A stretch of DNA of 64,000 bases. Source: an uncultured Trueperaceae bacterium. Lineage in GTDB: Bacteria; Deinococcota; Deinococci; Deinococcales; Trueperaceae. The position numbers and the translations under genes were made by a program. A model generated the notes under the pieces. It saw only the letters and a program-made list of their open reading frames with translations. It searched no databases and was not told where the DNA came from. Positions 1 to 12,065 of the stretch are shown piece by piece; the stretch's first letter is position 1, and each line of letters begins with the position of its first letter. Location of the stretch: contig CAWCXJ010000009.1 in assembly GCA_963799485.1 (NCBI GenBank), forward strand, positions 128,001 through 192,000, written 5' to 3'.

Positions 1-3000
1 ACCGCTGCCGGTCAGCTCGAGCTGTCCAGAGATAGGTGAAACGCCCAAGAGTGCCCCCTCGAGGCCGAAAGCGCCCCCGGACAGCGAGGCTTTCGTGTCT
101 ACCACGCGGTAACGCGTCCCGGCGACGCCGAGCTCTAGGCGGGGGCTGCGGAGCGTAACGTCGGGGGCCGACGCGCTCCCCGCAGCCTGCAGGTCGAGCG
201 ACCCCTGCGCGCCGACGTTGAGCGCGGCGAGCGGCGGAACGAGGCGCAGCAGCGGCGTAAAGTCGGCGTTTTGCGCCTCCAAGGTAAAGTTCAAGTTTTC
301 AGGCGTCAAAACTCCCGCGGCCTGCCAGAAACCGTCGCCCCGGAACTCGGCACGTTCGACGTACAAGCTGCCGTTTTCAAACCGCAAGGCCACCTCGCCC
401 TGGGTTTCCTTACCGGTACTGTCCGGGTCGGTACTCTGCAACGTCAGCCGTTCGGTCGCCAGCCGCACATAACCGGCCACAGGGCGGCGGAGCGGCAGAT
501 CAAAACGTGCCGCGCCCGTAACGGTCGCTTCGACCTGGGACGCGCCGACGACCGCTTCGGGCAGAGCTTGCAGGGGAAAGCCTTCTAGAGTAACGAGTCC
601 GGCAAGCTTCGGCCCCGTTTCGGTGCGGCTGTAACGGACGTTTACGCGGCTGTCGCCGACGGTGGCGCGGGCCTCGAGCGCCGCCAGAGAACCGTTAAAT
701 TCGACCTGGGTGGAGAGGGTGGTTGAAAGCACCGCGAGCTCCGGGGCGATGAGCTGACCGACGATCTGCGTATCTGTCACCGTTGCTACGCCGCTGACCG
801 GGGCGCTCAGGTACGGCAGGCGTGCGGCGATTTGCGGCAACGCGCCGAGGTCGAAACGGCTGAGCCGGAGTTGCGCCCCGAGCGCCTCGGTTCCTGTCGG
901 GGTAAAACGCGCCACTGGTTCCGGGAGCAGCCGGAACCAGCCCACTGAACCGTTGACGCTCAGTTGACCGCCTGAAAGGGTAAGCGTCCCGTCCCCGGAA
1001 ATACCCGTTTTGCCCAGCGCCAGCTGACTCGTCAGGGTAGCGACGCCGTTGCCGACGCTGAAAATCGGCAGCGAGTCGGTCGTCAACGTACCTGCCGGCC
1101 CCTCGGCGCGCGTATAACGCATCTCAGCCGAGAGTTGACCTTGCCCGAGTGTCAGCTCGCTCTGCAGCGCAAAACGGTCTGCTGCTGCGCCGTATTGCGC
1201 GCGAAGTCGACCGAACTTGCTGTTTACGGCGAGGCGTCCGTCCGCTGCTTGTACGCGAAACGGCGCGGCGGTGCGCAACCACGGAACGGGCGCAGCGGAC
1301 GTTCCCGCCCAGCGTCCCGTCAGGTCGGCGCGCAAACCCTCAGCCCACGCACCCGTACCCGAAAGCGTAAGGCTGCCCGCAGCCGTGCGCCACTGCAGCG
1401 CCTGGGCGCTCAGCTGTGGGGTGGGCCGCGCCCTGAGGGTGAGGCTGCCGCTCGTCTGCTCCACGCCCCAGAAGGTTACGCCGTCCGGCAGCGCCGCGTA
1501 CTCGCTCAGCGCAGCCGGCAAGGTCGTGCGAAATACCAACCCCGGCGCGGCGGGAGCGCTCAGTTGCAAGACCAGTCTGCGGCCCCCGTCGCCCCCGGCG
1601 CGCAGCACCAACCTCGCCGGGCCGACCGAAAGCGCCAGCGTGCCTGAAGGCTCGAGCCGCCCCCCCGTAAACGCCAAACTCAGCGCGTTCCGGTTTGTAT
1701 CCGCTCCCGGCGCAGCAAGTCGCAGGTCGAGGGGCCAGCCACTTCCGGTTACAGTCAAAGGCGTACCAAGCTGTGGGCTCGTCACCCGGGCGTCGAGTGC
1801 GAGCGTATCTCGGCCCACCTGAAAGCTCCCCTGCACGCTGCCTGCGCTCCGCGTCAGCTCGAGGTCGCCCGTCAGGGTCGGCGCAGCCAGTTCGCCCGCC
1901 AGGTCTCCCGATAAGATCTGTTCTTGTTCTTCGGTAAGCTTGACTTGCCCGCGCCAGCGGTCTCGGTAACGCGCCTGCACCTCGAGTTCGCCCACGGGCA
2001 GCATACCCTGAGCCGTAAGTTCCAGCCCTTCAGGCGCGTAACGCGCGGTGAGCGGCAGCTCGGTGCCCGCCGCCGCCAGCCGTCCCGTAACCCGGCCCTG
2101 CGTCCGCGTTCCCTGACCCGACACCGTAAGCGTGCTGCTGCCCGGGCCGGTCAGTCTCAGTTTGGTGAGCGTCCAGGGGAGTGTCCCCGAAAGACCGATT
2201 TGTGCGTTCAGCGCGTCGCCGCGAAGCGCGAGCCCGTCCGCGCCCCGTTCAACTACCACGTCTCCCAGGCTCACCGGCCCAAAGGCGACGCCGGTCAGCG
2301 TCCCGCTCACCGCGCCCAGATTTGCAGCGCCCGCGAGTTCCAGGGCTCCCGTCAGTTGCGGGTTGAGGCTCCCCAGCGGCCCCGCAAGTAAAAACCGCGC
2401 CGGGCCGTAGACGCCGCGCCAGCCCGCCAGCTTGCCCCCACCGCGCAGCTGAACCTCGCCTTCCCGCGTCTCCAGTCCGGCGCGAAAGTCGCCGTAACGG
2501 AGCGTTCCGGCGGCGCTCACGCGCGCTTGTGTGCGGGTCACGGTGAAGTCGGTTTCAGCGCCGAGCAGCGCGAGCGTACTGGTCAGCTCGAGCCGTCCTA
2601 GGCGCGGCGCAGCGGTTGCCTGCAGGGTGCCGTCCGCACTTCCCCGGCCCCGCAAGGCCAGTTCAAAAACAGGGTTGGCGAGGTTTCCGGAAAGCTCGAG
2701 TTCACCGCCGAGCCGCCAGTCTGCCGCCTTGGGCCCGAGCCCGCGCAGGGTCAGCGCGCCGGCGAGGAGCGCGCCGGGACTGGCAAACACCGAGCCCTGG
2801 ACGCGGCCCTGCCAGCCGGAAACGAAGTCGCCCAGGCGGGTGTCTAGCTCGAGCGACCCCGCTAGTCCTTTTTGAAACCGCAGTTGCCCCGTGACGCGGC
2901 TCTGAGCGCTCTCAAACCGAATGTCCGAGAGCTGCGCTTCGGGCGCGCCGCCCCAACGCCCCGTAGCGCGGAGGGCAGCGCTCAAGGTCGGTTGCAGGGG

Positions 3001-6000
3001 CTGAGGTAAAAGTCCCCCAAGGTTCAAATTCGTAAAGTTAAAGGTCGTGCGGTAGCCCTCGGCGTCAACCGCTGCGCCCCCGCGGAGGCCGTCGCCGGAA
3101 AGTGAAAGGTTCGCGCCTTGGCGGTCAGCCTGCAGGGTGCCGTCTGCGGTGAGCGCGCCCCGAAGCTGCACCGGCCCCTGCAGCTCCGGCGCGGTGAGGG
3201 TACCTGAAAGCGCGAGGGAGCCGCCCAAGGTGAGCGGGTCGCCGGGCCACACCGGGCTGAGCCGACCTAAGGGGGCCGACACCTCGAGGGTTCCCTCAAC
3301 ACGCCGGTCACGCCACGGCTCGGCGCTCAGGTTTGCCGCTAAGTCGGCAACTTGCACGCCCCGGTAGCTCGCCCTGCCCTGAAGCTGCAGCTGTTCTTGT
3401 CCGCGCAGGGTCAGCGCTACTGCTGCGCCGCCCGCTTCCAGCGCCGCGTCGGCGCGGCCCGAAAACCCCGCGCCCTGCTGCCACACGAGGTTACTCTCGA
3501 GCCCCAACGTAGGTCGTGCCAGCGTTCCAATGAGCCGGACGCGTTCGGGTCTGAAGTTCGGCTTCAGCACACTTCGCAAGACCAGCTCGTTTTGGGTAAA
3601 GGAAACCAGGTAGCCGGTCTCGAGGGCTTTTAGCCGAAGCGCAACCGGGTCGCCTGCCGCCGGAACCCTGAGCGCACCCGTAAGCGCAGCTTGGGGGTCG
3701 CCGCGACCGGGCACCATGCCTGAAAGCGACAAGGTGTTCTCACCGAGCCGAGCGTTTAGCGCCGAGATTTGTATCATCTGTTCGTTCTGCGCCGCGCTTA
3801 ACGAAGCTGAAAAGGAACCGAGGCCCAAGAACCCCGTCGGCGCGTCCAGAGTAACGTCTACAGTACGGCCCGTTTGCGTCTCTGCGACGTCTGCGTTTAG
3901 CACCGCGTCTCCCAAGCCCACGCGCAGCTTGCCGCTGCCCCGGTTCGGTGTGTACGCGCCGCTTAAAGCGAGCGTTTCGCCTCTCCAACCGCCTTCGCCG
4001 CTTAGCGTCAGGGTTTCGCCGAGCTCGAGCGTGGCGCTCAGCTCGAGCGGACTTTCGCTGTTGGCGACGCGCACCGTAAGCGCCGCGAGCGGCAGGGAGC
4101 CGGTAGCGCTTACGTTTGCCCCGGCGACGGTGCCGCTCAGCGCGAGCGCACGCCGGTCGGCGCTGAGGGTGAGGTCGAAAGGTCTTCCGGCGGCCTGACC
4201 TTGCGCGTTTAAGTCGGCAAAATAGCGCAGCCCGTCCACCGTGGTAAGGCGCGCGCTACCGGACAAAGTGCCTGCTACCGGGGCAAAAGCGCTCAGGTCA
4301 ACCGACTCGAACTCAGCCCCGGCCTGTACGCGGCTCGCCTCGCCGGACACCGTAAAAGGCACTGCCTGCCCCGCGACGTTTAGGGTGGCAGAGCCGTCAT
4401 AGCGTGCGCCGCGCCCGCTGACCCCGCCCGTAAAGGTCGCCGGGAGGTCCCGGTAGGGGAGGGTTGCGTTGCCCGTTATCCCGACACGCCAGCTCAGGTC
4501 GGGCGAAGCCGAAACCGTCGCCTGAATTTCAGCGTCCGGCAGTGCGCCGAGGTCGGGGGTGAGCGTCAGGTCGCCGGCTAGTCCGTTCCGGCTCAGCGTC
4601 AGCGGCCCCTGCACGGTTTCGCCTTCTACGGCAGCGTTTAGAACGGGTGTGGTCAGCTCGCCCTGCAACGTCCCGCTGAGGCGATGCGGCGCACCGCGCA
4701 GGGCAAAAGGCAGCGACACCGCACCGTCCCACGACCCGTTTTGTAGCTGTGCGTCGATGCTGTTGCCTGTCAGCGAGACGGTAAGACCGTCCACGAGGGA
4801 CGCCCTCAGCTCGACCTGCTGTGCGGGTAAAGAAAATTGTCCACTGCCCAAAGTTTGCTCGGCAGTCTGCACACGTCCGCTCAGTTGCGGTTGGCTCAAA
4901 CTACCTTGCACAACGCCTTGAAACGTCGCTGCGTCGCCTGCTTCAGCTTGCAAGGTGACGTTTGGCTTGGGAAGAAGCGTCCCGGTTGCGTTTGCCGTAA
5001 ACGTGCCACGCTGAAAATCCGTGGTCAAGCTCAGGCGTTTGCCCTGTCCGCCGAGCTGCGCGGTCAGCTCTCCCGCCGTAAAACGCAGTTGCCCCCGGTA
5101 TCCCTCGGGACTCGAGCCCAGCGTCCCATCAAGCCGAGCGTCCAGGTTTTGCAACACCGTAACCGGCAGCCGCTGAAGCGCAAAACTGTCCGCCTGAACC
5201 GTCCACTCCGGCGTCTCGGCGGTGGTACCTAGGCGGGCTTCTAGACCTTCGCCCGTAACGGTCGCAGTGACTTCGGCGCGTGTTCCGGTCGCCTTTAAGC
5301 TAAGCGCTTCAGTCCCGCTCTGTCGCCAGCTCGAGCGCACCTCGTAAGCCTGTGTCAAAGCGTCCAGCTGAGCGGCGAGCTGCAGCCGTCCCAGCAGACC
5401 GGGTTGCAACGTGTCGGCAGGGACGGTGCCCGTTAACCTGAGGTTACGCAGCGTTCCGGCGAGCTCGAGCGGTGCGCCGCCTACCGAGAGGCTGCCGCGC
5501 ACCCGTCCGTCCGGGTTTTGCGGGCTCCGGGTGAGGTCGGCGGAGAGCTCGACGGGTTCTCCGCGCAGGGTGGCCTCTTGCCCCAGTTGCGCGTCAAGCG
5601 TCCAGCCGTTTTCGCCCTGCTGCGCCGTGATTTGAGACTGGCCGACGCGGAGTTCGGCCTGGCCCGGTGTTAGCTTTCCGCGCAGTTGCCACGGTTGGGA
5701 GGGCAGCTCGAGGCCCGCCTGCGACACCGCCGGGAGTACGCCCCGACCCGTTTAGCGTCAGATTGGGATACCGGCCCCTGACCTGCACCGCGCCGAGGTC
5801 GCCGAGCTGCAAGGTCGCGTCGGTTGCCGGGAGCGCCGTACCCGAAAGGGTGAGGGGCTGCTCGAGCAGACTTGACAATGCGTCAGACGACGCGTTGAAG
5901 GCGAGCCTGTCCCCTTGCGCGGTGGCCTGGGCCCCGAACGGCAACCCGAACGCCGTTCCCTGCGCCGTCGCCTGCCCTGAAAATTCAGTGCCCTGACGGG

Positions 6001-8425
6001 CGAGCGTCGTTTTTAGCGTGCCGCGCAGCGGCAGGCCGAGCGCTTGACCCAACTCGCCCAGCGACAGCGTCCCGTCCGTCGCCCACGACTTCAGCGAGTC
6101 GAAACGGGCCGTGAAATCCTGTCCACCGCCCGCGAGTTTCGCCTGCGTGCGAATTTGCCCCGACACGCCCGGTTTTGCCGAGACCGATACGTCGACGCCG
6201 CCGAGCGTCCCCGAAAGCTCGGCGCGCTGCTTGGTGAGCGACGCGTTGCCGGACAACGCCGCGCCGCCGAGTCTCCGCCCTGCGATCTTCGCACCCTTTT
6301 CGCTCTGCACTGAAACTTTCGTGTTTTGTGCGTCGCCTGACGCTTCAATCGTCGTGCCGGGGCCGTCGCCAGTCGTTTGAGCGCGCACCTCGAGCTTGAG
6401 ACTTTCGGCGAGCTGCGCGGTTTGGCCCGCTACCGTACCGTTTGCCGCGAACGTCTCGCCGAGTGCGCCGATACGGGTGCCGTCTAAGGTTCCGGTCAAC
6501 GCACCATTTTGCAGGTTTACGGCGACGCCCGCGCTTTTGTCCGTTACTGAAGCGGTGAGTCCGTTGTCCCGGGTCTGGGACAGCGCGACGGTTGCGTTCA
6601 GGTCGGGAAGCGTGACGCCTGCGCCGCGTAAATTCTGGGTTGTAAGCTGCGCCGTTGCCGACAGCTGCTTTTGCCGCAAGAGTTGCCCTTGCAGTGCGAC
6701 GCTACCCTGGGCTCGCCCGCTCAGCGCGGTGGGGGCGAGGGTATAGCGCAGGTCGCTTAGGGTTCCGGAGACCTCGAGCGGGCCGAAATCGCCGTTTAGC
6801 CCGGTCAGGGTGCCGTTTTGCAGTGTTGCCGCCAACTGCCCGGAAAAGTCGGCTTCAGCCCGGACCCCGCCCGCGACCGGCTGCACACCCTGCGGCCCCG
6901 CAATTCGCAGCGTCAGCGGCAGGTTGCCTAGCGGGCCGTCGGCCTGCGCCGTGAGCGTTACCGGGTCGGTCAGGCCGGGCAGGGTAAGCTGCCGCACCCG
7001 GGCGGTTGCGTCCACAACGTCGCCGTTTAGTGCGAGCTCGCCCGTCAGGTTTGCGCCGCGTTCGTCACTGCCGGACAAATCGACTTGCCAGCTGCGCCCG
7101 TTCGTCCGTGCGTCGGCCTTTAACGTGGCGCTGCGCCCGAGCAGTTGACCGTCCAGTGTGAGGTCGGTCGTGCCGGTGAGGCTGCCCTGTTGGGACTCGA
7201 GCGCAACGTTCAAATCGCCGGAAAAGCTGCGCAAAGGCAGATCCTGACCGTTCGCCGTAATCGTAAAACCCTCGCCTTGTGGCGTCAGCGCAAAACGAAA
7301 CGGTTCGCCGCCCAAGGTCGCGGTGGCCTCTACCTTCGTGCCGACCGCCGACCTAAAACCAAAGCCGACGTCCAGGTTGCGGAGCGGTTCGCCGAGCAGC
7401 CTACCCTGTCCGGTCGCCCGGCCTGAAAGCGTAAAACTCTGCCAACCGCCAACCCGTAAACTCACCTCGGCGTTGCCGGAGGGCTCTAGAACGTTCTCGA
7501 CCACGTTTACGGGGAGCCGTCCCTGACTAGCCCATACGAGCGCGTCGGTCAGTGCGGCGTTACCCGTCACCTCGGCCTGCCAGTTTTGCGCCGCCAAATC
7601 CACCGTGGCGCTGCCCCGAAGCGGCCCGCCGAGTGCCTGCCCGGTCAGTTCGGTCGTAAGTTTCTGGTTCCGCACCGTCACCGGCCCCGAGACCTCGGTC
7701 AGCTCGAGCCCTACAAGCTCGGCCCGGCCCCCATTAAGCTCGAGGTCTGCGGTAACTCCCCCCGCGTCCGCCTGCACGCTGCCGCTGAGCGCGCCCCCCT
7801 TGAGCCCGTCAAAAAAGCTCTGAGCGAGCGCAACGTCGGCTTGCTGCACGGTGGCGTCGAGTGTAAACGGCTCGAGCGCCACCGTGCCGGACGCTTTTAG
7901 AACCGCGTCCTGCACAGCGAGCGCGGTGTTAAAGGTAAAGTCGCCGTTTTGCTGGGCCTCGAGCCGGGTCAGTGTCACGTTCGGAATGTCAAATGGTGTG
8001 CCGGAAATGCTAAGCGCAACGTCTGACACCTCGGCCTGCGCGAGCACCGGACGAAACCACAGTTGCGGCTGCGCCGTGGGTGCGTTCGGGGTTGCCGGAA
8101 CAGACTGCGCGGCTTTCTCTATATTGAGCGCGCCGCGTACCCCCGTAATTTCGGTACGCAGCGGCAAAGTGCCGGTCAGCAGCGCCGGCAAGGTGTAGCC
8201 GAGCTGCAAGGTGTCAACCTCGAGGTTGGTGCCCGGCCCCTTAACGCTCAGGTTCTCGAGGCGTAGGCTATAAAAAAGGTTGCCGCCGCTCTTATCGTAA
8301 GAAACCGTGTACCCGGCGCGCGCCGCAAACGACGTACCCCAGCGCAGAAGCGCGTTTCGCACGGGCGGCAATCCCGGCAAGATAAACAGCGACAGCACCC
8401 CGAGGGTGATCAAAAGACGCCTCAT
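1..8425 (-). CDS. tamB: Giant TamB/AsmA-like translocation-assembly envelope protein (>2800 aa, 3' end outside window), with a single +1 frameshift near 5732
   Basis: ORF 5594-8425 has an N-terminal TM anchor and Gly/Leu/Thr-rich beta-taco-like sequence. Removing one base at ~5732-5734 continues it as TPAVSQAGLELPSQPWQLRGKL. That frame was open and protein-like wherever I spot-checked (3481-3540, 1801-1920, 1141-1320, 1-120). The DUF490 C-terminus is not visible. Confidence 0.75.
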
Positions 8426-8691
8426 CTAGAAAAATCCGGCGGTCAGAAGCTTAGATTGAGAAGGTTTGGAAGCGCAGAGGCGACGCAGGGAACAAGACAT
8501 GCTAATAACAGAAGAATACCATCCGCCGGGGGCCGATCCCTTGTGCATTCTTACCTTTTTTGCCGGGGCGGCTTTAGGCTTTATTCATTTGAATCTCAGT
8601 TTCGTGTCAGGGTTTTGCGTTCGGGTTTAGGGCCCGGATTAGGTATCCGCGCAGCGCAAGCTGTGTACAGGTGTTACGGGCCGGGTTGCGT

Positions 8692-8697
8692 TAGCAT
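8692..8697 (+). promoter_or_regulatory. -10 box of leaderless acyP promoter
   Basis: TAGCAT 6 nt before ATG 8704 with no SD; the TANNNT-N6/7-ATG pattern typical of Deinococcus-Thermus. Confidence 0.55.
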
Positions 8698-8703
8698 AAC
8701 GGA

Positions 8704-8988
8704 ATGTCTCAAACCGACGATCTCGTCCGCCTGACCGCGCTCGTTTCCGGGAGGGTGCAAGGCGTCAATTTTCGCAACTTCGTCCGCCGCCTGGCCCGTG
8801 ACGCGGGGCTCGCGGGCTACGCCGAAAACCTGAGCGACGGTCGGGTCGAGGTCGTCGCCGAGGGGCCGAAAGTCGAGCTGACGGCGCTCTTGCATCAACT
8901 GCAGCGTGGCCCTACCTACGCCGACGTCAGCGCAGTCGAGGTGACCTGGGGGGAGGTGAGCGGGCTTGAAGGCTTTCACACCTACTAG
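8704..8988 (+). CDS. acyP: Acylphosphatase
   Basis: [11 protein letters not shown] and [17 protein letters not shown] motifs, 94 aa. Confidence 0.95.
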   Translation: MSQTDDLVRLTALVSGRVQGVNFRNFVRRLARDAGLAGYAENLSDGRVEVVAEGPKVELTALLHQLQRGPTYADVSAVEVTWGEVSGLEGFHTY

Positions 8989-9817
8989 AGCGCTGCCCGC
9001 GCCGCTAAGCGCAGCCGAAGCTGCGGCGGTACCGGGAACACTGGGCCGCATCACCGCCGAGCGGGTTGCGGCTTATAAAGACGTGCAGCTGAGCGACGTT
9101 GCCGACCCACCCGTCCGCCCGAGCTTTGCAGCGGCGCTGCGGGTACCCGGTTTACAGGTTATCGCCGAGGTCAAACGCCGGAGCCCGTCGCGGGGCGCGA
9201 TTGCCGAACTAGACCCGGGTGAGGCGGCGACTGCCTACGCCGCCGGGGGCGCGGCAGCGCTGAGTATCCTTACCGAACCCGGGCACTTCGGGGGTGAGCT
9301 GGCGCATCTCGAGCAGGTCGCTGCTACCGTAAACTTGCCGCTTTTACGCAAAGACTTTACCGTACACCCGGCGCAGCTTTTGGAGGCTAGGGCGTCCGGG
9401 GCGAGCGCCGTGCTCCTTATCGTCGCGGTTCTGGGTCGGCATACTGCCCGTTACCGCGAGCTGGCGCGCGAACTCGGTCTCGACGCGCTCGTTGAGGTTC
9501 ACGACGAGGCTGAACTAAGGATTGCCCTGGAGAGTGGCGCAGACCTCATCGGCGTCAACAACCGCAACCTCAAAACCTTGAAGATCGACCTCGAGACCGC
9601 ACCCCGCCTGCTGGGCACGGCCCGTAACACAGGTTTTTCCGGCTTACTGGTCGCCGAATCGGGGTACACCGAGGCGGCTGAACTCAGGCACGTTTACGGC
9701 TTAGCAGACGCCGTGCTGGTCGGCAGCAGCTTGGCGGGCAGCGGCGACCTGAAGGCGGCAGTGCGGCAGCTTAAAACGGGACTCGAGACTCTGGAAAAAA
9801 ACCATGCTGCGCGCTAA
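8966..9817 (+). CDS. trpC: Indole-3-glycerol phosphate synthase
   Basis: [43 protein letters not shown] motifs; start codon uncertain. Confidence 0.95.
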   Translation: MKAFTPTRALPAPLSAAEAAAVPGTLGRITAERVAAYKDVQLSDVADPPVRPSFAAALRVPGLQVIAEVKRRSPSRGAIAELDPGEAATAYAAGGAAALSILTEPGHFGGELAHLEQVAATVNLPLLRKDFTVHPAQLLEARASGASAVLLIVAVLGRHTARYRELARELGLDALVEVHDEAELRIALESGADLIGVNNRNLKTLKIDLETAPRLLGTARNTGFSGLLVAESGYTEAAELRHVYGLADAVLVGSSLAGSGDLKAAVRQLKTGLETLEKNHAAR

Positions 9818-10508
9818 ACACGTTCTCATCACCGGGGCAAGTAGCGGTATCGGGCGGGCGCTGACGCTTGAACTCGCTCACGCCGAGGCGAATTTGCACC
9901 TTGTCGGACGAGACGCGGCGGCGCTCGCCGAACTTGCGCGGCAGGCCCGGAGTTGGGGCGCACAGGCGCAGACGTACACCCTCGAGTTGACCGACGACGC
10001 AGCTGTCAAAACGTTTTCTAAAGCGTTCAGTGCGCCCCTCGACGTGCTTGTTCACAGCGCCGGTACGGTCTCGTTGGGGGCGCTTAAAGATGCGTCTATT
10101 GTAGACTTCGACGCGCAGTACCGCCTCAACGTACGCGTCCCTTATCTGCTGACGCAGCTCTTTTTGGAAAAGTTGGCGCGCACGAAAGGTCAGATCGTTT
10201 TTATAAACTCCGGGGCGGGTCTTTCGGCCAGGGCCGGATGGGGACAGTACGCCGCCAGTAAACACGCCCTAAAAGCGGTTTCCGACAGCCTCCGCGCCGA
10301 GCTTACCGGGTCGGGTGTGCGGGTCATGAGTATCTATCCGGGACGCACGGCGAGCCCGATGCAAAAGAAAGTTCGCGCGTACGAGGGCAAACCTTACGAC
10401 CCCAAAAAATTTGTACAACCCGAAGACGTGGCAGCGGTAATTTTGGGTGCGCTTACGTTACCCCGAACGGCAGAAGTCACCGACGTGTCGGTAAGACCAC
10501 CGGGTTAG
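9804..10508 (+). CDS. Short-chain dehydrogenase/reductase
   Basis: TGASSGIG Rossmann motif, YAASK catalytic motif. Confidence 0.9.
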   Translation: MLRAKHVLITGASSGIGRALTLELAHAEANLHLVGRDAAALAELARQARSWGAQAQTYTLELTDDAAVKTFSKAFSAPLDVLVHSAGTVSLGALKDASIVDFDAQYRLNVRVPYLLTQLFLEKLARTKGQIVFINSGAGLSARAGWGQYAASKHALKAVSDSLRAELTGSGVRVMSIYPGRTASPMQKKVRAYEGKPYDPKKFVQPEDVAAVILGALTLPRTAEVTDVSVRPPG

Positions 10509-10828
10509 CTACCGAAAAAAAGCAGTGACGCGATAACGAGATTCCGGGGCACTGCAAGGTAAAAGCCGGGATATACCCGGCTCGCTGCAAGAAGTTGATT
10601 CAGCAGGTCGCCGACCAAGGCAATCGTCATTGGTTCGCTACAACTGCTTTTTTGCTGCTCTGGACGGGGCAATTTGAAACTCCCAGCGGCCTCTGCTGCT
10701 TTTAAGTAGTATGGCCAGCACATAGACAACCGTGAATAACTCGCTTAGCGTATGCTCCTCTAGCAGATAGCGGGACTTAGATATCTTGCTATCTTCGCTT
10801 TTTTCTATCCCCCAGCAGTCGAGGTATC

Positions 10829-11010
10829 TCTATTCGGCAGTTCCGCGGTAAACCCGGCAAGTACGTGGACGCGCAGATCGCAACTTGTGAGCAGTATGTT
10901 TATGTGCCTGTAGATGTCAACACATCAGACGCCGAAACCTTACAGCTTCCGGGGGTCACCGACGAGGTGGTGACTACCCTTTTCGGTGCACGTCCCTTTG
11001 CCGCGAGCGT
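10829..11010 (+). pseudogene. Remnant of helix-hairpin-helix (ComEA-like) protein
   Basis: SIRQFRGKPGKYVDAQIATCEQYVYVPVDVNTSDAETLQLPGVTDEVVTTLFGARPF resembles an HhH repeat (vN.a....L..LPGv); no proper start, degenerates afterwards. Confidence 0.5.
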
Positions 11011-11290
11011 AACTTTGCGTTTGAACTCGAGATTCGCCCCAATGCGGGCGCCAGTGACGTGGTGTGGGCAGCGCTTAAAGGCGCGAGCCCGCTGCGGGCC
11101 CCCGGTATTTTGGCGTTTGCGGGCGTGATTGCTTGGCTAGCGAGCTACTATCATCCGGCGCTGCAGGGCGCATCACCCGCTGAGGTTCGCCGCAAGCAGC
11201 AAACGACCGAGGGAGAACAGCTCGAGCGATTGACGCCCCCCCTACAGACTCGAGCCGACTGCGGTGCCCACAATAGCTGCAGGAGGCGAA

Positions 11291-11422
11291 ATGGTGGACG
11301 ACTATAGACCCGTTGAGGAACCGTTCGGCCCGGATGAACCCGACTTCGAGGAATCGGAAAGCCGGGACACCGAAGGCCGAAATACTGAAGACCGGGAAGA
11401 CGCCGAAGATGAGCGAGTTTAA
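11291..11422 (+). CDS. Small acidic hypothetical protein (43 aa)
   Basis: AGGAGG SD at 11281-11286 then ATG; MVDDYRPVEEPFGPDEPDFEESESRDTEGRNTEDREDAEDERV*; below the ORF-track size cutoff. Confidence 0.5.
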   Translation: MVDDYRPVEEPFGPDEPDFEESESRDTEGRNTEDREDAEDERV

Positions 11423-11639
11423 GAGAAAAGATGGCAGCAAGCTGTATAGGCCGGGAAAACGTCGAGCAGCAGGAAGACGGCACGGCTGAGGTTAAGCTTC
11501 TGAGTCCGAGATTGACCGCGCGAAGCTTGTCTGGCTGTAGACAGCATGGCAAGAGCCCGAGGGCGTCCGCATTTACTGGTACACCGACGTTAAAAACCGA
11601 TAGGCTTTCCCGTCGGCAATGCGAGCGACTTTGAGAAGA

Positions 11640-11861
11640 TGGAAAATAGCACCACGCTCTTCGTAAGCCCGCAAGCTCTCTTTTCTACGTCCCTCCGGGT
11701 AGCTGTTTGGACTGGGTTGCGTACGGCTCTGCTTGCTACAGTCTTTTCTGCTTGCCACTGGGCGCTTGCCATTCTTGACGATATTCTCGCTTCTACAGTG
11801 ATAGCAACAGAACTTCTCGGTAACCATCCCTTGATTTGGCATTCGAGATGAAACCACTACC
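11640..11861 (-). mobile_element. IS1-family remnant (InsA zinc-ribbon fragment plus left end)
   Basis: CxxC-SENIVKNGK...KDC...LRAYEER similar to InsA at 28936; end GGTAGTGG at 11861. Confidence 0.7.
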
Positions 11862-12007
11862 CTTTCGGTTTTCTACTTCTCGCCCAAGCAGTTTAGGTTC
11901 TGGACAACCGGTGGGCTGAAGTTATGGCTGACTTTGGACACATTGCACCCTCTTTTACGCGTGGTTCGCAGCTAACGTGTAAAGGTTTGCAAGCTACAGT
12001 TCGGATC

Positions 12008-12054
12008 CCAACAAAAAACCGCAGAACTTTTGTACTCTACGTTTTTTTGTTGGT
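12008..12054. terminator. Probable intrinsic terminator downstream of glmS
   Basis: CCAACAAAAAA...TTTTTTGTTGG inverted repeat just after the glmS stop. Confidence 0.55.
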
Positions 12055-12065
12055 CCGTTAAACAG

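Noticed and set aside
5720..5740. Programmed frameshift in tamB
   Set aside because: No slippery heptamer or evident stimulator; an indel error is more parsimonious
218..8266. Many plus-strand ORFs over the TamB-like gene
   Set aside because: Antisense shadows of a GC-rich coding strand; Ser/Pro/Arg-rich with no motifs
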